Source of the DNA: Camelus dromedarius
Lineage: Eukaryota
Assembly (NCBI RefSeq): GCF_036321535.1
Contig: NC_087436.1
Location: forward strand, 30,258,001 to 30,322,000
DNA: 64,000 bases
Direction of reading: 5' to 3'
Both the position numbers and the translations under genes were made by a program. Under the pieces are notes generated by a model. It saw only the letters and a list, made by a program, of their open reading frames with translations. It had not been told where the DNA came from and did not search any database. Shown one piece after another: positions 1 through 13,263 of this stretch; the stretch's first letter is position 1, and every line of letters starts with the position of its first letter.

Positions 1-103
1 TGTCTTGTCTACAAAATGAAATAATATTACAACAGGTTTATAGTATGCTTTCTATGAGACAATGTGTGTCAAAATATCCTGTGTAAATATCAAGTTTTAT
101 TAC

Positions 104-423
104 TGTTAAATTAATTAAACAAGGAGGCCATCAGACTGATGTGGTTCTAATACCTCAGCAGCCAATGTAAGCAAACCTAAACCCGAGCCTATAAATGCCT
201 CAACCAATCACGCACAACCAACTAGCTTCTACAAATAAGGCAAACAGTTAAGCTACAGCCAGATAATTTTTGTTTTGCTTCAGCCTTTTCTCTAAGAACA
301 TCTTTCCCTCATGTGGATGGAGTGCCCTTAACCACTTCCAGGTTAGCTCTGCCCCATTCGAATCAATTTTTGCTCAAATAAACTCTTAAATTGTTTTAAT
401 ATGCCTCAGTTTATCTTTTAACA
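104..423 (+). mobile_element. Solo LTR, probably ERV1 class
   Basis: Starts TGTTAAA and ends TTTAACA (7-bp terminal inverted repeat, TG..CA). Contains CCAAT motifs and an AATAAA about 40 bp before the 3' end. No clean TSD. Confidence 0.7.
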
Positions 424-1559
424 TATACTTTAGTCACCGAAAAATAAAACTGTTCTATAAAAAAGGCTCTTTTAACTCATGGTTATCATGTTGGTAACAG
501 CTTAAGAGAGTATCAGTATATTACAGACAGGCCCTCTAGAACCATGGACAAACAAGTCAGTATCAGTTTACAGACGTTAATTTATACTAACTGACTCTTA
601 AGTATGTAGAGAAATCAGGACATTAGAAATGGAAAATTTTAGAAGTCTGATTAACTTATGCTGCTGCATGCATAAACTGGCTAATTTTAAAAACAGTCCA
701 ATGATTCATTCTGTGATATTCTGCTCTGCTGGGTTACAAGGAAACTTAATGCAGTTGGTGCAGTTGACAGTGTTAGTAGGTATAAGTCCGTCTCAAGCAA
801 TCTAGAACTGCTGTACCCCAGTCACTGATCATCTGACAAGAATCTTATTTATAAGAGTCAACCATGCGCATTTAGTCTGTGTTAAAGCAAACCACTAAAT
901 TACATTAGAGAAAGAATAGCGAGCAAATAGGCAGATACTCTTTCTTGGTTTAGTAATAATTTTCCATAGATTTGTCCCTTACAAAGAATATTCAAAATAT
1001 GATGAAACTGGGGTAGAATATGCCATGCTCTGGTTTCTGGAGGTAACTTTTGTGTAAATTTGGTATTGTGATAGGTGGACAATTATTTGGTTCAAAGGGC
1101 CCCGAATCTTCTGCTTTCTCCACCCGATCTTCGATTGTTACTAATGGCTATTACAAAACAGGCATGAAACTATCAACATAGAATATTATATGACTAATGC
1201 TAATATGTTAACTATGTGAAACAAACCAAAAATATGATAATAAAAGGCTAGATAAGAACTGGAAGAGACAGACCAGCATAGTTTCTTGGAAGTGCTAAAA
1301 ATATACATGAAACAATATTCAAACCATTTCAGGAAAGAGAAGCAACAGGATTAAATTTAGACAGCTGAGTAGAAAGATGGTAAGTGTGGTGGGAGTGTAA
1401 GAATACCTACTGACTGAAAGTGAGCAATAAAACTGATGAAAGTTTGTATTAAAGAGAGATGAATCGATCTCAGAGTTTTGCATACAACAGCTATTTGAAA
1501 AATGGTTTTCTTCTTTCAGTAATGAAAATTGTCATGTATTTGCATATTTATTTAGATTT

Positions 1560-1640
1560 ATAATATTCTTTCAAAAAGCTAATTACATTTAGTCTTCACA
1601 ACACACCTGGGAGGTAAATATCGTCATTATGTTTATTTTG
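1560..1640 (-). mobile_element. MIR fragment
   Basis: atttagtcttcacaacacacctgggaggtaaatatcgtcattatgtttatttt resembles the antisense MIR core. A possible continuation lies near 2310-2345. Confidence 0.45.
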
Positions 1641-1829
1641 CCTATAGGAGTCATTTGTGCTATTTCACGACGTAAGTGTGAAAGCAGATGCTTGTACCAT
1701 GTACAAGAAAGCCTGGCCAAGGAGATGGAAAGGACCAGTTGGGAAGCAGATGGGTCTGGTTTGCCAAATTTGCTACCTTGGCTCAGCAGGGTGGCAGCCT
1801 CAAGGAAAAGAAGCCATGCTGGAAATCTC

Positions 1830-2070
1830 TTAGCATCTCTAGATTCACTTTCTACCCTTCCCTACTCTGTTTTCTGCCTTAGGCTTTCTTGCCCTCTGGC
1901 GCCTAACTGTGTTGGCCAATAGGGAGCAAAAAGAGATGAAAGGGAGGAAGGAGAGTGATCCTGGGGGACTTATGTTTCAACCTTGCTCTCTCCAGACTGC
2001 CTAATTCCCAGCTCTCAAGGTGGACTCCCCCAGGACTATCACCTAGCTTTCATGCAGGCTTCCTTCTGTT
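1830..2070 (-). mobile_element. Old ERVL-class LTR fragment (LTR33-like)
   Basis: tgccctctggcgcctaactgtgttggccaatagggag...gaaagggaggaaggagagtga resembles the LTR33/LTR16 group as recalled. Confidence 0.5.
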
Positions 2071-2871
2071 ACCATTAATGGAAAAGAAAAGATAAACAAC
2101 AAGCCATACTATAAATCCTTGAGATAGCAAATGTTTGTATTAAGATTTTCTTTAATTACTGTAATTAAAGGCTTTTTTTTTTTCTGCTCTGACTCCTACT
2201 GACACAGAGAATATTTCTACTTTCCATTGAAAGGGCAGTTTCCTAATTTATTTGTCTTGAAGGAATCTTTTCCTAACTTTGACAAATGTACTAGATGTGC
2301 CAGCATCTACAGGGGGTAAGACTAGAATTGAAACCTGGGTCTTCCTATCAGTAAACTAAATGGAACTCGGTAATTTAATTTCTAGTACCATCTCTCCCAC
2401 TGAAAGGCTAGATGGGGTTTTATATTCCATCTGACCTATCGATGACACCCTTTCTCATTAGGTTAAATTAAAACAATACACTATATTTTTAAAGATTCTT
2501 TCTTGGTATAATTTTTTTCATTTTTTTAAAATCTTGCTTTGTTCTGATTTTTAGATTCTATAAAATTTATACTTGGAAAAGCTTGTCTTTAACATTAAAT
2601 AATCACAATATCATGAGCAAGCTTAACTTTACTGAAATTAAACTTACATGGAGATAAAAACATAAGATATTTTACTTCAAATATTTCTAGAATCTGTTTA
2701 ACTTATATTTATAATTACTTTTATATGTGGCCTACTCTCCAGACACTTAAATGCTTTAAAATATGAGGACCTCTTTTTGTTCTTAAAGCCACTTCCTGCA
2801 TTTATACAAATATGACATTGAATTGTCCTATAAATATCCCCAAAGTATGTTTGTCTTCTAAATAATCAAAC

Positions 2872-2905
2872 AAACTTTGTGAAAATTAAAACTTTGTGAA
2901 AATTA
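2872..2905. repeat. Perfect 17-bp tandem duplication
   Basis: aaactttgtgaaaatta occurs twice in tandem. Confidence 0.95.
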
Positions 2906-4099
2906 AGTTGAAGGTAATTACCAAAACTGATTTGAAATCATAGATTTAAAACAAAATGCAAGAGCAGTCCAGTGCTTCCATTTTCTCAAAAGTATAACTT
3001 GTGCCTGTACAAAAAATTGATCTGAACCATGAAAGCAAAACTTCTCTTGTACATAATGTTTTCTTATCTACTGTATTTATATTTTGTAGAAAATGTGTAA
3101 TAAGTCTATTAAAATGCACAGAAATGAAGCCAAAACATCATGCATGTAATTAATCTACAAACTCTAAGCCAAAAAAATTGAGGATTATTTCCTTAATAAA
3201 GGAGAAAGAAGAAGCATATCATTGATTTTTTGAGTGGAAAATTCATTTTAATCTAATGCCAAAAGTGTCAGGTTTATCACAGTATAACATAGCTTGTATT
3301 TTTCATGGTCATCTAAATAAAATTCTTTATAAATTATCAAAATGCTTTCCTCTGCCCAAAAGCCATCACTTCCATCTTCTACTGATTGAACTTCAAATTG
3401 TTCACACTTAACTCATCCAGACTCTGGGCAAGTCAAATAACTGCCATCTGGACCAGGCAAAAAAAATGACAGAAAGAGGTGATATGCTGCGATTCAAACC
3501 AGAACATCATGCCTATTAAGGCTTCCAATTTGAACATTTCTTCTCCAAAATATCCTCCAGTGAAGATTTTTCAAATTAAAAAGTGTGCTACTAAGGTGAA
3601 ATATACTATAAAGCATAATTTAGTATAACTAAGAGAAACATTAAAAAATAAAATATACATTTTATGATGACTAGGAAAGAACAAAAAAGCATCTTTTACT
3701 TCCATAAGACTACTAATTGTAAAAATGGATATAAAATAGGATTAAAAGTAGGAAGAGAAAATTACTATGTGATAATAATAATTCTAGGTGATCTAACCAA
3801 ATATTCCACTAAAACAACTAAAAACCGTATATGTATGCACATAATTTTTAAAATGCATTTATGTTCTGAATTTTTGATCAAATCAAGTATTAACCGAAAT
3901 GAGAGCTGAAAGAAGAAAAAGGAGCAGTGGAACCAGCTCTCTCTTTTGGACATTTGCTGATTATATTAAGCTTTTCCTTTTGTTACCATAAACATCCTTA
4001 AGAATTACAAGAAAAAGTATTTCCAAGAAAGTTGAGTCCACAGTCAAAAATATTACAGTTAACAGTCTGTACCATAAATGTTGCCTACCATAAACAACT

Positions 4100-6670
4100 G
4101 GAAGAAAAAACAAAACTGCAAAGACATCAGTTGACAAAATTAAGTATATTTAATGATAATAAGAAATGAAAGGTAAATGAGATAAAAGCAAGACAGACTC
4201 CAGTAAAAGGGTCTAAGCTGATTGAAAAATAACCGAATTAAATATATACATATATAACAGAAATTAAAAACTCAGTGGATATGTTAGTAGGCATAATGCA
4301 GAACTGAAGAATCACTCCTGAATATATAACTGAAGTCATTATTCACACTGCAGTTTAAAAAGTAAAGAGATTAAAAACAAAAAACAACAGCAAAACACCA
4401 TGGTGAAGATACATGGATTTTAGAATGAGAAAATCTAAAAAGCTTTAATCAGAATTTAAGTAAAGAAGAGATACAATGAACACAAAACTATACAAAAAGG
4501 TAATAACCAAGAAAAGTCAAAACTGGAAAAAGGAAAAAAATTCACAGAAGCTTATAAAATCCCAAATGAGATGAATTATATTTACTCCTAGGTACACCAC
4601 AGTGAGCCTGTAGTACACCAAAACCAAAGAGAATCTCTTAAAAATGGACAGAGAGAAAGAGAAGATTGTCCTTAAAGTATTTAAAATTAGACTTGCAGGT
4701 GACTTCCCAGTAGTAACGATGGAAGCTAGAACATTTTGAAATAATATCATAAATATACTGAGAGAAAACAATATTTAATCCTTCTGAAAATAACTTTGTG
4801 AAAGTGAAAAAGTAGATGTTTAGATGAATAAAATATGAGACATTTCCACAAATAGATTATCTTCATATGAAATTCTATAGGGTGTACTTCTGTCAGAATG
4901 AAAAGGATGCTGGAAGGACATCTATGGTACCATCAGGAACAAAAAAGCAAGAAATATGATATGTATGTCAAAAGCTAAACAAATATTATTTGTGTACACC
5001 AACATTAAATATTTATTGTAAGAATGAAAAATATGAAACTATAATAATGGTGATGATTTGGGAACATTAAGGAAATGTTTGATCAAGTTTAAAATATTCT
5101 AAATACCATTTGTGAGAAGAGTAGTGGCACCAATTAACTTAAATGGATGTTAAAATTGCTGAGGAAAAACTAAAGATAAATAAAATGTATAATTTTAATT
5201 GAATAGAGGGGAAAATGAGATTAGAACAATCACAAAAGCAGAAAAGAGTAAAAAATGTAGAAAACTTGGGAAATTTTTGACAACATATAATATTAGAGTA
5301 AATAAGTAAAATCGATAATTACAATAAATATAAATGGACAAAATGCTCGTGTTAAGAAAAACAAAGTTCATCAGAATGGGCCTTTCAAAACATATCTACC
5401 TATGTGCTACTCAAAAGAGGTATATCTAAAACATAGCAAAGAGAAAGGTGGAAAGTAAAATGATGAACAAAGAATTGACTAATACTAACCAAAACAAAGC
5501 AGAATGGCAATAATTGTTTAATTTGGAAAACATTATGTCCATTATTTTGAAAAGACCAAGCAAATAAATGAATTTCTAAATAAAATGTAACCTCAAAAGC
5601 TGACTGAAAAATGTATTAAAAATCAAGTTTATTTCACAACTTAAAAAATACAGGCTGAGGAAAGTCTTCCAAAAAAGGAAACACCAAGCCTAGATTTTAT
5701 TTTTTAACCATCAAGTTCTCATATGTATTCAAGGAACAGCTAATCTTATTTGTCATATTCAGAAAATATGGAAATTATTCCTACTGCAGAATATAGAAAA
5801 TGGGAAACGTTTTCTAACTCTTTTTATTGGATTAAAACATCCTATATACTGAAGCCAACAAGAACAGTATATGAAATGATTACAGGCAACATCACAAGAA
5901 ACAAACATTGCTGTATGGAAACTTGATTTATGATAGAAATGACACTGTCAGTCACTGCAGAAAAAGAGAACTCTACAATAACACATGCTGAGATAATTAG
6001 CTACTCCTATGTCAAAAAAATGAAACTGGACTCCTACTTCACAGTACAAACAAAGATGAATTATAAATTTGAATATGAAAGGCAAAACTATAAAACTTGT
6101 ACAACTTGTAAAACATATTGGAATGAGAATATTTATTTATGAAAATAAACAAAACAAGTGGAAACACAAACCATTAATTGAAAGAGACTATTTGAAACTG
6201 ATATAAATTATAAATTCAGAATATAGAAAGACTATCCACAAGTCATTAAGAAAAAGAGATAACCCAATAATATGAGCAAAAACTAGAATTTCTAGAGAAT
6301 AAAATCTCATTAGCCATTAAATATATGAAGAAGTTAATCTGATAAATAATAGGTGGCATTCAAATTGAACTTTCAGTAAAATATCATTTCATATCAACCA
6401 GATTAGCAAAAATTTAAGTCTGAAATATCCAGTGTTAGTGATGATATGAAAGAACTGTAATAATTTTAAACTAGTGGGAGTGTACATTGATACAACTGCC
6501 TTAGAAAGAAACTTGACATGTTCTAAGAGGAACAAAGATATACCTACCTCGTGATGCAGGTATCTATTCTTAGGTATATACCCTAGAGAATCCGTTGCAC
6601 ATATGCAGCAGAAAACATACAAGAATGGTCATGAAAGAATTTTCGCATTAAAACAACAACAAAAAAAGGG
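4100..6670 (+). mobile_element. Ancient L1 (L1M/L1ME-like), left part: ORF1, EN start, RT and C-terminal remnants
   Basis: Degenerate ORF1 motif resembling IRLTADFS..TMEAR at about 4686-4770. EN start (IITININGQNARVK) at about 5315-5380. SPGPDGF..EF..FKE-like stretch at about 5665-5745. KLDSYFT..TKMN at about 6020-6060. 3' region from 6300 to 6650. Confidence 0.75.
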
Positions 6671-6674
6671 CTGG

Positions 6675-7715
6675 CAATTTCCAGAATATACAAATAGCTC
6701 ACACAACTCAATAACAAAAAAACAAACCACCTAATCCAAAAATGGGCAGAAGATCCTCACAAGCATTTCTCTAATAGAGACATACAAATGGCCAATAGGC
6801 ACATGAAAAAAATGCTCAATATTGCTAATTATGAGAGAAATGCAAATAAAAACTACAATGAGGTATCACCTCACACCAGTCAGAACGGCCATAATTAAAA
6901 AGTCAACAAATGATAAATGCTGGAGAGGGTATAGAGAAAAGGGAACCCTTCTAGACTGTTGGTAGGAAAGCAGTTCGGTACAGCCATATGGAAAACAGTA
7001 TGGAGATTCCTTAAAAAAACTAAAAATACCATATGATCCAGCAATCTCACTCTTGAGCATATACCCAGAGGAAACTCTAAATTGAAAAGAAGCATGCACC
7101 CCAGTGTTCATAGCAGCACTATTTACAATAGTCAAGATATGGAAGCAACATAAATGTCCATCAACAGATGACTGGATAAAGAAGTTGTGGTATATATATT
7201 CAATGGAATACTACTCAGCCATAGAAAGAATAAAATAATGCCATTTGCAGCAACATGGATGTTACTGGAGAATGTCATTCTAAGTGAAGTAAGCCAGAAA
7301 GAGAAAGAAAAGTACCATATGATATCACTTACATGTGGAATCTAAAAAAATGACACAAATTAACTTATTTACAAACCAGAAACAGACTCACAGAAACAGA
7401 AGACAATATTATGTTTACCAGGGGGCAAGCAGAGTGGAGGGATAAATTGGGAGATCAAGATTTGCAGATACTAACTACTATATATAAAACGGATAAACAA
7501 CAAGGTGCTACTACATGTATAGCATGGGGAACTATATTCAGTATCTTGTAATAATCTATAATGAAAAAGAATATGAAAATGAATCTATATATTTATAACT
7601 GAAACACTAGGCTATACACCAGAAATTAACACAACATTGTAAACTGACTAAACTTCAATTAAAAAAAATAAAATCCAAAAAACAAAATAAAAAACAACCA
7701 ACCAAACAAAAAAAA
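6675..7715 (+). mobile_element. Younger 5'-truncated L1 (artiodactyl-type 3'UTR) nested in the ancient L1
   Basis: Well-preserved ORF2 C-terminal DNA (caatgaggtatcacctcacaccagtcagaa; ccatatgatccagcaatctcactc; aaatgtccatcaacagatgactggataaagaag). 3'UTR ends acacaacattgtaaactgacta, followed by an A-rich tail. Imperfect flanking repeat aaaaaaagggctgg / aaaaaaaaagctgg. Confidence 0.92.
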
Positions 7716-8160
7716 AGCTGGAAATAATTCTATGTTTAATACACTTTCTAGTGTTATACAGTGAAATATTATCCAATAACTAAGAATATATGATTGTTAT
7801 TTACAGTAAACATAGATAAATTTCAGGAATACAATGTTAATTCAAATTAGCAAGTTGCGGAAGAATTCACAGATTGTAATTTCATTAACATAGAGTTTAA
7901 AAACATCCAGGCTCAGAAACATATTTGCTCAGGGACACAGGCACATACTTGGAAAACTAAAGGAAACTAGGGAAAGGCAAACATAACATTCAGGGTAGTG
8001 ATCTCCTCTGATGGGAAAGACTGAGTTGGCACCAAGTAGGGGCCCACAGCAGTCTCCAAAAGCAATATTGATTTTTATTATAAAATATATGCTAGATACA
8101 TCTGTATTTCTTCTAAAACTCACATGTATCTATACATATTTTTATTATATTTGATATTTA
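7716..8160 (+). mobile_element. Ancient L1 3'UTR, resuming after the nested insertion
   Basis: gtgaaatattatccaataac...catagataaatttcaggaatacaatgtt...caagttgcggaagaat...ttcagggtagtgatctcctctg matches the old L1ME-type 3' end pattern. Confidence 0.65.
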
Positions 8161-8953
8161 ATAAGCTTACAAATACAATGGCTAACCAATTCAATATGAA
8201 AAGTAAGCATTATGAATTAGGATTAATCAGTCATGCTGCAGTCAGAAATGAGAATTAAGTAAAAGTAGAGGAGACAACATGTTGTTCAGTCCAAGGAACA
8301 CTGAATTTTACTAAGTGAAAACCATGTTGAGGATAATAAAATTAATAATTAAGAGTCATTAACTTTTAGAACTTCACAAATGAAAGAGAAAGAGAACCAT
8401 TCTGATACTAATTAAAGTGTGTTGATATCAAGTTTGGAAGATTAATTTTGGTCAGGTTATCAAGGCAAAGAGAAAAATAAAACTAGGATTTATAAGAATC
8501 TAAGCTTTAAAGTTGCTTCTGTAAAGGCATTTTAGAAGGGAAGTTATGACAATGACTCATTGATACACAGGTTGTCTATTGCAGCCTGTTTTCAAGGAAT
8601 GTGTATGAGAAATGCAGAAGGAAACAAAAACATATGGGCTTTGCATGTGTGGATGCTGAGGGAAAACACCAAATAGACATTGCCTCTATGTGTGAAGTAC
8701 CCTAGAAAAGAACAATTTTAAAAGATGATATGAAGAAGAAACGGGAAGAGTAGAGTCTGCTATAAATTGGGATGAATCTCATTTACTATAGTCTATGGCC
8801 TAGTGAAACCTCACAGTTAGAATCATACATTTAAATGAAATATTAACATAATGTCTCATGCATTGTTCCAGGAAGTGTAGTTTATATAAGTATCAATTCA
8901 ATCTAGCATGTAGAATAAAATGGCCAGAACCTTGACCATCTAGACGTAGGTAG

Positions 8954-9390
8954 TGTATTAGTTTCCTAGGACTTCCATAAAGAATCATAAAAAGAGTGGT
9001 CTAAAAACAATAGAAATTTACTTTCTCACAGTTTTGGAGGGCCCAAGTCTGAAATCAGACCGTCAGCCATGTTGATTTCTTCTAAGAATTCTGAGGCAAT
9101 ATCTGTTCTGTGCCTCTCTCTCATCTCTGGTGACGGCAGGCAATCTTTGGCATGCTTTGGCATGTAGAAGCATCACTCCAATCTCAGCCTGCCTTCATAT
9201 GAGCACACCCTGTATTTCTGTATTTTCACATGGCTGTCTTCTCATGAGGATGCCAGTCATACTGGATTAGGGCCCACCTTAAGGACCTCATCTTAACTTG
9301 ACTCAATATGCAAAGATTCTATTTACAAATAAGGTCACATTTTCAGATACTAGAGACCATGATTTCAACATATCTTTGGTTGAAGGAACT
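8954..9390 (-). mobile_element. MLT1 (MaLR) solo LTR, MLT1B/C/D-like
   Basis: Begins tgtattagtttcctagg. Contains tagaaatttactttctcacagttttggagg and ggattagggcccaccttaaggacctcatcttaacttg...caaataaggtcacatt. Confidence 0.9.
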
Positions 9391-12300
9391 TTTTATTCAT
9401 ATAAAATTTTGTCTTCCTTGAAATAAATTCCACTACTCCAATATCTCTACTATAAGAAGTGCATGTTTTCTTATTCCTGACGTAGATGAGCATAAAACAC
9501 AAATACTTATATGTAACCAAGTAATCCATTTTTACATTTAACAGCTTCCTATACATTATTATGTGGATATAAATATTAGTTGTTTACACATGAAATACTA
9601 TTCTTTCATCATCATTTCATATTTTACTTACACAACATAGTTGCAAACACTATAATTTTTCTATTAGAAAAACACTATATGTTTTTCTATTAGAGTTCTT
9701 CATCCTAACTTTAACAAAAATACTGAACCTCAACTAAAAGGATGTCCAGATAACTGATGGGCAGCACAAACAGAACAATACCAAATGAGTACTCCTTATG
9801 TTCTTAAGAGGTCCTTATAATACAAATTGACTTGTTGTTCATAAAAAGCACTGCAATAAAATAGGTAAAAAGGAGGAAAATTCATTATTTTAACACTTAA
9901 AATTACTCTCTAAAGGTCATATCAATAGAAGTGTTACATTATTATAATATTTTTCAGATTTGGCATTTATACTCTAAAAATTGACTCAATCCAAACATAA
10001 TTTTCTAGGGATATTCTTTCCCTTTCTAGCCCTGCAGTAAATTGTTAAAATGGACCTTTAAACACTCAACTAAGATCAGATACACATGTTCCAAAGTATA
10101 GATCAGACATAAAACTTAGAAAAGACTTAACCAGCCTCTGGCATAAACAAAATCAGATTATAATCCAGTCAAATATAAATGTAATAAAAGTAGATTTATA
10201 CATTATAAAAATAAATCAATATATGTGGTACACAATTCAAGAAACAGGCATCATTTTTTCACTAAAGTTTATTTTTGTTATATTTGCTGTACACTTAACA
10301 AGCTAGTTATTTCTTTTTGTTTAAAACGGTATTAAAACTAGGGTTAATTTGTGACTACACACTTTGTATAGGAGAGAGACAATGAAGATGAAGACAGAAA
10401 TCTTTTTCTTTTATTAAAATTTAAATGTGAAATTCCAAAAGTGCAAAATTCATTCCAATTAGTTAATTATATAAATATTAATTGTTGAAAATAATTTAAA
10501 ACAGTAGTCTTATATTATAATTTAGGTGGGTCTTATCCCTTGATAGTCAAGATATTATTTTTAAGGTGATTTGTTTTAGGGAAAGTTTAGAATATCTTAT
10601 AGATAGGTACAGTCTATTCATGATGACTGTTCAAACTGTAGCATATTCTGATTAGTCAGGTGGAAGGCAATGCGGGCTCAGGAGTCCATGTAAAAAGTTT
10701 AGCAATACTTTTCTTGCTTAGTTTACCATTAATGGACAACAGAAACTACTAAATATCAGACTCTTTTAGAAGGACTGAATAACTGCATTTTGCATCATTT
10801 AGTAAAAAAATCCATGTGTGTGCTGGGCTAAGTGGAATCCAGTCTTGCCATTATAGTCTGCAAGTTGTAACAGCAATGAATTTCTGGCGAACCTTGAATG
10901 CACACTCCCTCCACATCACTCTTGCTGCCAGGTGAGTGCGTTTATTTTCTCATTTGGACTTCCATAGAAGCTTTGACTCCTGCTTTATATTCTTACTGTA
11001 TCTGTTAATGGCAACATAATCTGCTGGAGAGAATGCAAACTCCTGCAGAAATGACTCTTTATGTTAGATATAAAGAGCAGTGGTAGCTATTGTGGCTATA
11101 TTTAACCAGCAAGAACAAGGTTAATGATGGAGAGAAAAAGAGAAAGAACTTTTTCAAAAAAAAAAACTTGGAAAGGGATGCAAGGAATTGCCTCATTAAA
11201 AAACGAAAAATGTAACTACCAATTATTCGTACTACCATTTCATGCTAGTGTGTGAGTGGGTGCGTATAATATGGGCAATACGTTTACTTGCATATTCTTA
11301 TCCATGTTCTTCTAGAATGACTGTATAATAAGATGCATTCACATATACTGCAGTGTTTCTAAAGCTGACTTGCAATGCAAGGTTTAGATAATAATTAATG
11401 TTAACATGACCAAATATTTTGTTTTTAAAATGTTTATGTGAGTAAATATTGTTCAAATGCCAAAGCAAATATACAAAGGCAGCAACAATTAACCAAACTC
11501 TTTAACAAAGAAAACATTTGTGTTTTTTTGTCCTTTGTTTTAAGATAGTGACTTACAGTATTTGGTCACTTACCATTAGGTTATGTTTGAAATTAATTAA
11601 ACTCTTTGCTAACATCTTTTAGATTTTAAACAAACTATATACTGTCAAAACAAGTTCTTAAAAATTTTCATAAGGAAAGAGTATCTATATATTTACTGAA
11701 TCATATGTACACACAATATGTAACTTGAGTCAGTGGAATATTTTATTACTCAAGGAGTTTTTTAGCATTGCATAGACATAAACTTATTGAATTTTTATTT
11801 AAATTATGTATAATGAATTTTACCAAGGTCTGCATTTGAACATATACCATTCTTATTTGTCATTATTCTTCTATATGAATTAACCCTTGAAATATAATTT
11901 TAAGAATACTCCTATACACTTTTGAGAATATTTTGGTGAAAAGACTCAGAGGAACTCCAAAGGGAGAGAGCATAGTGCAATAGTATATATTTTTGTTTAC
12001 ACAACGTAGACTTACCGCTTAAGATATACTGGCTATTACTTTGAAACAAAATGACAAACACACTGCCCCAACTGAATTTCCATTTGGTGTTGACACTGTC
12101 ATTATAATGTAAATGACACTGAATAGAAGGCTTAGGCAAATGATGTTCATAGTAGTCTGTTAATGTCCCAAGCAGTCACAGAATTATATGTAATGTCATA
12201 GTAATTTAAGGAGTAGAATTAACAAATTATTTACCCTATTTTCTCTAGGTCTCAAATTGATAGTCTAAAACTTACGATTTCAGAATATAAGTAACAATGA

Positions 12301-13263
12301 AATTGAATACATATCTTTCATTGCAACTGGATCAAGAATCACTTTACCTTAATATTTCTAGGAAACAGCAAGAACAAGAGCAGCACTAAGAGCTGCCCCA
12401 GGATGTAAAATAGCTTACAAACACTGGACTGGATACATAGCACGTACTTTTTAAAACTGCTTTAAAGTTTTTTTTACATATTGATACTGGAAAGCCAGGA
12501 ATCCACGCTAAAAGCTGTCTCCACTAAATTACATGAAATTAGCTTTTGATCTTTTCTTTAGAAATGGTAATCCACCTCAGAAACAGAAAGTCTACTCCTT
12601 GCTCTGACCAAAAAGACTTTTTATGGTTATTTTTATCTAAAAATCCTTCCTGACAACAAGTGTTTATCTTTGTATTTTCCCCTCCCCAACTTATTTAAAA
12701 ATTTTTAACATGGGAAAAATTTTGCATGTTTTTCAAATATGTTTAGAGTGATAATTGGCTAATAAAAAAAAGCAGCAATATTTTTAAAAATTGAATTGTG
12801 TGTATTTCTTTTGAGTTTTTTTTTATTTCCTGGGAAATACTTCCTTTGTTATACTGTCTTTTGTTACCAGTTTCCCAGTGTTGCCCAGCATAAAACACCC
12901 TGTCTCTTAATTCGGGCTAGAAAGCCCACAATCCTTTCACAGAAAAATGTGAGTATTTGATCACAGGGTTTTGCTATTGTCAATTATGGTATTATGTATT
13001 ATACTTTAGTAAGATACAGGAATTGACATGTTTCCTTTACTCCTTTTCCTTTTATGTTAATTTTAATTTCTCTCAGCGAAATCTTACAATTAATATCATC
13101 ACTGGAGTACTTGCTATCTGAAATAAATTGAAATGCATTTTACAAAATCCCTTACTCCTAGATACCTTTGGAACAGGCATAGCCAAGAAAAGACTATCTT
13201 AGGTTGAGATTAAGTCAGCTACTCTGTTATTCCAATCCTTGGAAATATTTCTAGACCAAAATA

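Noticed and set aside
509..575. Spaced repeat agtatcagt(a)t(t)tacagac as an array
   Set aside because: There are only two imperfect copies, so this is a local duplication and not CRISPR-like.
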